From assembly GCA_027001995.1 (NCBI GenBank), contig JALTLO010000197.1, forward strand, positions 31,299-95,298: a DNA stretch of 64,000 bases, given 5' to 3'. The notes beneath the pieces were generated by a model. The model searched no databases. It had not been told where the DNA came from and was given only the letters and a program-made list of their open reading frames with translations. The stretch comes from Planctomycetota bacterium (GTDB taxonomy: Bacteria > Planctomycetota > GCA-002687715 > DRQF01). The position numbers and the translations under genes are program-made. Within the stretch, counting starts at the first letter, position 1; every line of letters begins with the position of its first letter. This document shows, in pieces, positions 57,042 through 64,000 of the stretch.

Positions 57042-57150
57042 ATGGACCACATGCTTCGGGGCTGAAGGCAAAAAGCTTGGCGTCTCGAATATAAGATGGG
57101 CACCTGTGCAGGTCTGTTCCTTCAGAATCGTTTCATTAAGGGCTTGAGCT

Positions 57151-59460
57151 ATGACATCAAGTGATCAAGTAAAAGATCCTGTTTGTGGTATGGAGTTTCC
57201 TCTATCTCAAGCATTCTCCTCTTCTGAGTTTGGTGGGCAGAGCTATCACTTTTGCTCTCAATCTTGTGAGGCTCGATTCACAGATAACCCCGAGGCTTTT
57301 CTTGGAGAAAAAGTCGCTGCCCCTTCCCATGGTGGGGGAAAGAACGTGGAGTACACTTGTCCCATGCATCCGGAGGTTCTTCAGATCGGTCCGGGGACTT
57401 GTCCTAAATGTGGCATGTCACTTGATCCAGTGGACCCCCTGGAGGAAGGAGACGACCAAGAATTAGAGGAAATGACCCGGCGGTTCTGGGTCAGTGCGGT
57501 TCTGACGATTCCCGTCTTCGTTGTTGCCATGGCCGAATCTCTCCCATTCGCTTGGCTCCGAACTTGGTCAACTTCTGCAACATCTCTGTGGGGCCAGGCC
57601 CTCTTAGCAACGCCTGTGATTTTTTGGGGTGCTTTCCCCTTTCTTCAGCGTGGCATTGCCTCGGTGAAGAGCCGCTCTTTGAATATGTTCACTCTGGTAA
57701 GTTTGGGTGTGTTAGTGGCTTGGCTTTATAGCATCGTTGCTCTTATTGCACCGAACATCTTCCCCGAGACGATTCGTAACACTCACGGTCGCGTGCCGGT
57801 CTATTTCGAATCTGCCGCCGTGATCGTGGTTCTTGTCTTGTTGGGACAAATCATGGAGCTGCGGGCCCGCGGGCAGACTGGGGCCGCCATTCGAGAGCTT
57901 CTTGATCTTGCCCCTAAGTTTGCCATTTTGGTGGGCGAGGATGGGGTGGAGGCTGAAGTCGCGGTGAGCGAAATCGTCATTGGCCAGAATTTGCGAGTTC
58001 GGCCAGGGGAAGCAATTCCTGTAGACGGTTTGGTGGTCGATGGCGAGAGCACGGTCAATGAGGCGAGCATAACCGGGGAGTCTCGTCCGGTGAAGAAGCG
58101 CCCAGGGGATCAAGTGATCGGATCCACCATAAACGGTTCGGGGGCGTTCGTCGTGAAGGCGGAGCGCGTTGGTTCTGAAACCCTGCTAAGTCAGATTGTT
58201 CGCATGGTAGCGCAAGCTCAGAGGAGCGAGGCGCCGATCCAGAGGATTTCAGACAAAGTGGCTGGTTGGTTTGTGCCAGCGGTTCTACTGATCGCGGCGA
58301 TAACAGCAGTCGCTTGGTATTCTCTTGGAGGTGAGGCCGCTTTGGCTATGGCCATTGCCAACTCTGTTGCTGTGTTGATCATTGCTTGTCCCTGCGCACT
58401 GGGATTGGCAACTCCGATGTCGATTATGGTGGCCAGCGGGAAGGCTGCCAAAAACGGTGTTCTTTTTCGCGATGCTAAGTCGATTGAAGCGATGCAAACA
58501 GTTACGACTCTTGCCATCGACAAGACAGGAACTCTCACTGTGGGTGAACCCCAAGTGACGACAATCTCTCTTGCTGATGGTCACGATGAAGATCTGACTT
58601 TGGCTCTTGTGGCCAGTGTGGAACGTTCAAGTGAACATCCTTTGGCTGCCGCAATTGTGGACATGGCCAATGAGCGGGGATTGAATCTTGAGACTCCGGA
58701 GTCATTTGAGGCCGTGGCAGGGAAGGGCGTCCGTGGCACCGTCCAAGGCAAGAAAGTTGTCGTGGGCAATACCAAGATGATTTTCGATTCTGGTATTCGT
58801 CCAGACGACGTGAATGCGCTGATTGAACCTTTGCTAACGGACGGTTTGTCCCTGGTTTGTGTGGCGATTGATGATGTCTTTGCCGGTGCTTTTGGCATCA
58901 CCGATCCCGTGAGAGAGTCGGCAGCGGGGATGTTGTCGCAAATGAAGGCTGAGGGCATTCGTGTGGTTGTTCTGACCGGTGACCATGAGGCCAGTGCGAC
59001 TCGGGTGGCAAAGCATCTTGGGATTGACGAAGTCCACGCTGGTCTATTGCCCGGTGACAAAGCGGAAAAGGTGGCCGAGTTTCGCAATCGTGGCGAAATC
59101 GTCGCCGTGGCTGGAGATGGAGTGAACGATTCCCCGGCTTTGGCCCGGGCAAATGTGGGGATCGCCATGGGGTCAGGTTCCGATGTGGCTATTGAAAGTG
59201 CGGGGGTGACGATTCTTCGAGGAGACCTTATTGGTATCTATCGGGCTCTTACAATCAGCCGACAAACCATGCGGAACGTCCGAGAGAATCTGTTCTTCGC
59301 CTTCATTTATAACGTCTTGAGCATTCCTGTGGCTGCGGGAATTCTCTATCCAATTTTCGGCATCCTGTTGAGTCCTATGGTCGCCGCTGCAGCTATGAGT
59401 TTGAGTTCCGTCTCGGTTATCTTAAATGCTCTCAGATTGCGTCGCATGAAGCTTGAATAG
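57151..59460 (+). CDS. copA: Cu(I)/Ag(I)-translocating P1B-1 ATPase with YHS and heavy-metal-binding domains
   Basis: KDPVCGM..FCS, YTCPMHP..CPKCGM, TGES, CPCALGLATP, DKTGTLT, SEHP, GDGVND, YN, MSLSS. Confidence 0.95.
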   Translation: MTSSDQVKDPVCGMEFPLSQAFSSSEFGGQSYHFCSQSCEARFTDNPEAFLGEKVAAPSHGGGKNVEYTCPMHPEVLQIGPGTCPKCGMSLDPVDPLEEGDDQELEEMTRRFWVSAVLTIPVFVVAMAESLPFAWLRTWSTSATSLWGQALLATPVIFWGAFPFLQRGIASVKSRSLNMFTLVSLGVLVAWLYSIVALIAPNIFPETIRNTHGRVPVYFESAAVIVVLVLLGQIMELRARGQTGAAIRELLDLAPKFAILVGEDGVEAEVAVSEIVIGQNLRVRPGEAIPVDGLVVDGESTVNEASITGESRPVKKRPGDQVIGSTINGSGAFVVKAERVGSETLLSQIVRMVAQAQRSEAPIQRISDKVAGWFVPAVLLIAAITAVAWYSLGGEAALAMAIANSVAVLIIACPCALGLATPMSIMVASGKAAKNGVLFRDAKSIEAMQTVTTLAIDKTGTLTVGEPQVTTISLADGHDEDLTLALVASVERSSEHPLAAAIVDMANERGLNLETPESFEAVAGKGVRGTVQGKKVVVGNTKMIFDSGIRPDDVNALIEPLLTDGLSLVCVAIDDVFAGAFGITDPVRESAAGMLSQMKAEGIRVVVLTGDHEASATRVAKHLGIDEVHAGLLPGDKAEKVAEFRNRGEIVAVAGDGVNDSPALARANVGIAMGSGSDVAIESAGVTILRGDLIGIYRALTISRQTMRNVRENLFFAFIYNVLSIPVAAGILYPIFGILLSPMVAAAAMSLSSVSVILNALRLRRMKLE

Positions 59461-59599
59461 CCTGCTGGGGCGTCCATGTAAGTTGGGCACAAACAAACAG
59501 TATTCTGTGCTGTCTATGTTAGATTCGCTGGAAGCAGAGGTCGCGCCAGTTGGACGGGACAAGCAGGTTCTGATGGATGAGTGAGGACGACAATTGACC

Positions 59600-61786
59600 A
59601 TGACAGAAAAATCAATTCTTGAACTGCGTATAGAAGGACTCGATTGCGCCGACGAGGCCGAGATATTGCGCCGCGCTCTCAAGACATTGGAAATCGGTGA
59701 AGAGTCTATTGGCATTGACATCTTGCAAGCCAAGTTGACTGTAGTCTTGGGGAATCATTCTTCTGACGACGTGGTCACGGCCATCGACAAGAGTGGGCTC
59801 AAGGCCCATTTGTGGGAAGAAGGAAGTCAAGGAGGTGACCACGTAGGTCTTTCCAAGTGGAGAACCGGCAGTACTCTTGTCTGTGGTTCGTTTACGGCCC
59901 TCGGATTTCTCTTGCATGCCATGGAGGCTGGTGGCGCTTCCTCTGCTCTTGGCGGGGCAGAAGAAGGTGGCGGACCTTCGTTTTTGAGCTGTCTCAGCTA
60001 TTCCATTGCCATCTTGGCTGGTGGCTCTATGGTTGCACCGAAAGCATGGGTGGCGGCTCGCAATCTACGTCCTGATATGAATCTCTTGATGACCGTTGCC
60101 GTTGTTGGTGCTGTTTCCATCGGCGAGTGGTTTGAAGCGGCCATGGTGACTTTCTTGTTTGCCATCTCTCTTTGGCTTGAGAAATGGAGTGTCGGTCGAG
60201 CTCAAAAAGCTATTGGGAGTCTGATGGACATGACCCCTGCTCGTGCTCGTGTGGTTGGAGAGGATGGTGAACTGAGAAAGGTGGAGGTGGACACTGTCCA
60301 GGTGGGGACGAAGTTCACGGTTTTGCCTGGGGAGAAAATTGCTCTTGATGGAGTCATTCAAGGCGGCAGGAGCGAAGTGGACCAAGCGCCAATCACGGGA
60401 GAGAGCAAACCCGTCAAGAAGGAACCCGGGGATGACGTCTTCGCCGGAACCCTCAACGGCGATGGCGCCCTGGACGTCTTGTCAACTAAACTGGCGTCCA
60501 ATACGACTATCGCTAACATCGCGAAACTCGTGAGTGCAGCAAGAAGTAGTCGTTCACCTTCCGAACGTTGGGTCGATCGGTTTGCCCAGATCTACACACC
60601 AATTGTTCTTCTTCTTGCCCTCTTAACCTTTCTTCTACCCCCGATGCTCGGTAGTTCTTGGGGCGTTTGGTTCTACCGGTCTTTGGTCTTGTTGGTGATT
60701 GCTTGTCCCTGTGCCTTGGTTATTTCCACGCCGGTCACCATCGTGGCTTCTTTGGCAAGAGCAGCGCGCCGGGGCGTTCTGATCAAGGGCGGGGAGCATA
60801 TCGAAACGCCAGCTCGGTTGAGGGCGATTGCCTTTGACAAGACAGGGACGCTGACAAAGGGTGACGTGCAGGTGAGTCAGGTGATACCCTTGGATGGTCA
60901 TGATGTTGAAGGAATTCTTGGCCGTGCTGCTGGGTTAGAATCCCGAAGTGACCATCCTTTGGCCCGTGCTATTGTGTCTTATGGCAGAGAATTAGGAGTT
61001 GAACCTCTTCCAGCGTCCAAGGTTGTTGCCATTAAAGGGAAAGGTCTGCGGGGGGAGGTGGATGGCCGCATGTTCTGGCTGGGGTCTCACCGTTATCTTG
61101 AAGAGAGAGACCAGGAAACGGCAGAGGTTCATGAGAAGCTCGAAGAACTTTCGGCAGCGGGACAATCCGTTGTCGTCTTGGGGGACGACAACCATGTCTG
61201 CGGTTTTATCGCTCTTGGGGATGCCATTCGGCCTGAGGCCAAAGAAGTTACTCAACGCCTGAGAGCGGATGGGATCGATCGCTTGGTCATGCTCACCGGT
61301 GACAATCATGGAACAGCCAAAGCCATCGGTGGACAGCTCGATTTGCATGAAATTCACGGCGAGATGCTTCCTGAAGAGAAAATTGCGAAGGTGGCAGAGT
61401 TAGAAGGTGAGTTTTCTCCTGTTGCCATGGTGGGGGATGGGGTCAACGACGCGCCGGCTCTGGCCCGTGCTTCATTGGGTATTGCCATGGGAGCGGCTGG
61501 TAGTGATGTGGCTATCGAAACAGCCGATATTGCCCTCATGTCTGACGACATCACTGCCATTCCATGGTTAATCGAACATTCTCGCCATACCTTGAGGATC
61601 GTCCGTCAGAATGTGGTTTTCGCTTTGGGCCTTAAGATCCTCGTTTTCCTACTTGCGTTGATCGGGATTGCCTCTCTTTGGATGGCGATCTTGGCGGATG
61701 CCGGGGCGTCTCTGTTGGTGATTGCTAATGGCTTAAGAATCTTGAGATCCCCTGGGGGAATGCCCCCGCACATGGATCGGGGATAG
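59600..61786 (+). CDS. cadA: Zn/Cd/Pb-translocating P1B-2 ATPase
   Basis: GLDCADE metal-binding domain, TGES, CPCALVISTP, DKTGTLT, GDGVNDAP, TM Lys (GLK) and ADAGAS. Confidence 0.92.
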   Translation: MTEKSILELRIEGLDCADEAEILRRALKTLEIGEESIGIDILQAKLTVVLGNHSSDDVVTAIDKSGLKAHLWEEGSQGGDHVGLSKWRTGSTLVCGSFTALGFLLHAMEAGGASSALGGAEEGGGPSFLSCLSYSIAILAGGSMVAPKAWVAARNLRPDMNLLMTVAVVGAVSIGEWFEAAMVTFLFAISLWLEKWSVGRAQKAIGSLMDMTPARARVVGEDGELRKVEVDTVQVGTKFTVLPGEKIALDGVIQGGRSEVDQAPITGESKPVKKEPGDDVFAGTLNGDGALDVLSTKLASNTTIANIAKLVSAARSSRSPSERWVDRFAQIYTPIVLLLALLTFLLPPMLGSSWGVWFYRSLVLLVIACPCALVISTPVTIVASLARAARRGVLIKGGEHIETPARLRAIAFDKTGTLTKGDVQVSQVIPLDGHDVEGILGRAAGLESRSDHPLARAIVSYGRELGVEPLPASKVVAIKGKGLRGEVDGRMFWLGSHRYLEERDQETAEVHEKLEELSAAGQSVVVLGDDNHVCGFIALGDAIRPEAKEVTQRLRADGIDRLVMLTGDNHGTAKAIGGQLDLHEIHGEMLPEEKIAKVAELEGEFSPVAMVGDGVNDAPALARASLGIAMGAAGSDVAIETADIALMSDDITAIPWLIEHSRHTLRIVRQNVVFALGLKILVFLLALIGIASLWMAILADAGASLLVIANGLRILRSPGGMPPHMDRG

Positions 61787-61841
61787 GGATCCGCTCGAGC
61801 AGAAACGGGGTTCTTCGGCCGAAATTCCGAAGAGTCTTGGT

Positions 61842-64000
61842 TTATTTCTTCTCAAAAATTCTGGTGTCTATGACAACTCTGAGGTCGCGACTTTCAGCGC
61901 TGAGCCCCGTCATGGTGACCCAAGCGGAATTCGCTGAATAGCCATCACGTACGTCGTTGTCGTAGGAATCTTCAGCAATTGACTTGGCGACTCTTTCTAT
62001 CTGAGCCTCGTCGAGATCCCTGGGATAGTAAGTGGCCCGTAGTTCGTATGTCTCACCTTTGGAAACTCGCCGGAGTTTGAAAGTTCCATCGTCTGCTGAG
62101 GACGCCCAAGACTCCTGTTTGCCTGTTTTCTCATCAGCCTGGGTACGGAGCAGTTGCAACTGGACGCGGGATAGACTCTTGCCGTTGTGATCGACCACGA
62201 TACCGTTCACTGTGCTGACTCGGCGAATAGTGAAATCTAACATCTTGTCCGTATCCGTTTTGATCGTTGTCGATTGCCATTCGCCACCGACCACAGCGAA
62301 TTCGTCACTGACGTCGAAACTCAGCCTGACTTTTCCGGCGGGGAGCCCGTCGATTGAATAGTCTCCGGATTTGTCGCTGATGGCGGTGAACTCTTTGCCT
62401 TGTCCTAAGATGACAGCCACCATACCCCCGGTATCTTGGGGTTGAGCGTGAACTGTTAGGCCGGCGAACGGTCCATTGGGCCCGGTGACATGGCCATGGA
62501 GTTTGGCCCCAGCCGTCAGTCGAAGGGTCAGCTTCTCTTGGCCAATGTCTTCGAATGGGACTGTCGTACTCGCACCTCCAGGGAAATCTGGATGGTATGC
62601 CGTGAACTCTATGGGGATACCCTTCTTTAGTCCTTTGACGGTAAAGCGCCCGTTCTTGTCGGTTATTGTTGGGTCGGTTGCTGTCTGGGAGAGCATGTTG
62701 GCAAGAATGGAGCGCTTTTTCTCAAGTTTGCCTTCCATCCAACGAATGGTCGCCCCAGCAACGGGCTTACCAGCAGGTCCTCGGGTCTGTCCCTCCTGAC
62801 TGAGGCCAGGAATGAGCATGATGTCTTGGCCAACGAGAAGCCCTCCATCCTCCAGGTTTGGCAAACCTGCAAAAGGATCTAAGGCATTCTCACCGCTGCT
62901 ACTGGTGTTTCTTGCTCGGCCCAAAAGCATTCTCAAGGCGTTCATGTCTTTCTTTTCTGAATAGAAACCTTCTGCTTTCGCAGACAGGGAGACACGCCCT
63001 GGAGGGGCTCCTTCGATGAGGAAGACTCCTTGGTCGTTTGTGGTGACAGTTTTGCCGTCACTTGCTCCAAAAGGCGACCCATTCATGCTTTCAGCGGACT
63101 GAACTTTGACGGTGGCTCTTGCGATACCTTCCCCTGTATCTTGGTTGATGACCCTGCCTTTGATGGTGCCGCCTCCGGTCATCTGAATATCATGATGGAA
63201 GATCGGCCCTTCGTCCCCTTTCAACTCGAATTTCATGCCCAGGCCAGGGAGTTCCGGACTTTTTTGATTTTCGGGAATGACCAATTTGTAGTGTTCGTGT
63301 TTCACGATCAAGTTGACTTGCCCTTTGGCCTTCATGTCTTGCAGCTCATAGTAGCCATCTGCGTTGGACAAAGCTTCAACGGCAATGGGGGCACGACCAC
63401 CGAACCCGAGAATCGTCACACCTTCGATTGGCTCATCATCATTTCGCCGAGTGATGCGCCCAGAAACGGTGATCCCTTTGGATAAAACGAAATCGGCGTC
63501 ATCATTCTTGGCCGAAACACCGATGCGCTTACTTGTCGAGGCAAAGCCCTTGGCTCGGACCATGAACTGATATCTTGATTGCCCCAATTGAGAAAAAGAG
63601 AATTTCCCCTGGGCGTCGCTTCTTGTCTTCAGGGTCTTGAAGACAGTTGGTATGCCTCCTCGGGTGTCGCGCATGGCAGCAATAAGAGCATTCTCGATTC
63701 CTTGGCCATTCACATCTTTGACTGTTCCACTCAACATGGCTCCACTTTGTAGATCGATCCTGACCTTTGCTGTCGCTGCTCCGATGCGAATCACGATCTT
63801 CTTAGAATGCTTGAACTCGCAGCCTTCTGCAGTGACGGCAGCGGCGTATTCTCCAGGGACGATGTTCTCAAAGATAAAGTTGCCTGATTCGTCGGTGGTC
63901 GTCATCCCCAGAGGGTCGTCATCTCGAATCATCGCACGAAGCAAAGCGATGAGATCAAGGTTTCTGAAGTCGAAGGATACATTGGGAAGCAGGGCGACAT
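61842..64000 (-). CDS. Carboxypeptidase-regulatory-like repeat protein (5' truncated by window edge), paralog of 17819-20572
   Basis: Frame open to the window end; shares VALLPNVS, DDDPLGMTTTD.SGNF.FEN..PGEYA, PTVFKTLKTRSD with the paralog. Confidence 0.82.
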   Translation of the reverse strand, partial: VALLPNVSFDFRNLDLIALLRAMIRDDDPLGMTTTDESGNFIFENIVPGEYAAAVTAEGCEFKHSKKIVIRIGAATAKVRIDLQSGAMLSGTVKDVNGQGIENALIAAMRDTRGGIPTVFKTLKTRSDAQGKFSFSQLGQSRYQFMVRAKGFASTSKRIGVSAKNDDADFVLSKGITVSGRITRRNDDEPIEGVTILGFGGRAPIAVEALSNADGYYELQDMKAKGQVNLIVKHEHYKLVIPENQKSPELPGLGMKFELKGDEGPIFHHDIQMTGGGTIKGRVINQDTGEGIARATVKVQSAESMNGSPFGASDGKTVTTNDQGVFLIEGAPPGRVSLSAKAEGFYSEKKDMNALRMLLGRARNTSSSGENALDPFAGLPNLEDGGLLVGQDIMLIPGLSQEGQTRGPAGKPVAGATIRWMEGKLEKKRSILANMLSQTATDPTITDKNGRFTVKGLKKGIPIEFTAYHPDFPGGASTTVPFEDIGQEKLTLRLTAGAKLHGHVTGPNGPFAGLTVHAQPQDTGGMVAVILGQGKEFTAISDKSGDYSIDGLPAGKVRLSFDVSDEFAVVGGEWQSTTIKTDTDKMLDFTIRRVSTVNGIVVDHNGKSLSRVQLQLLRTQADEKTGKQESWASSADDGTFKLRRVSKGETYELRATYYPRDLDEAQIERVAKSIAEDSYDNDVRDGYSANSAWVTMTGLSAESRDLRVVIDTRIFEKK

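Noticed and set aside
61812..61833. Hairpin TCTTCGG-N8-CCGAAGA between convergent genes as a terminator
   Set aside because: Short stem with no clear U-tract on either strand

Overview
A 64-kb, gene-dense chromosomal segment, most likely from a Planctomycetota (PVC) bacterium. The evidence is a DUF1549/DUF1553 + DUF1501 + planctomycete cytochrome c module, an ECF sigma factor abutting a Ser/Thr kinase-TPR gene, and paralogous proteins built from carboxypeptidase-regulatory-like repeats. I found about 37 CDS and no tRNA, rRNA, CRISPR array, integrase or transposase. Highlights: (1) a qNOR-family heme enzyme (46673-49060) with the substitutions described for putative nitric oxide dismutases (FeB His->Asn, Glu->Gln, quinol-site His/Asp lost). 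It is divergent, across a perfect 10-9-10 inverted repeat, from an Rrf2 Fe-S regulator and an unusual ferrochelatase-MFS transporter fusion, forming a candidate NO-responsive Nod plus heme-supply module. (2) A selenocysteine formate dehydrogenase that the ORF track splits at an in-frame UGA followed by an fdhF-like SECIS hairpin. (3) A copper/heavy-metal cluster enclosing an uncharacterised FNR-ferredoxin / di-heme membrane protein / heptaheme cytochrome electron conduit and a Met-rich periplasmic protein. (4) A 2026-aa DUF4011-SF1 helicase-Vsr-like (Hhe-type) candidate defence protein at the head of an operon with an EAL protein and glucokinase. All family assignments come from reading motifs by eye; no database searches were run.
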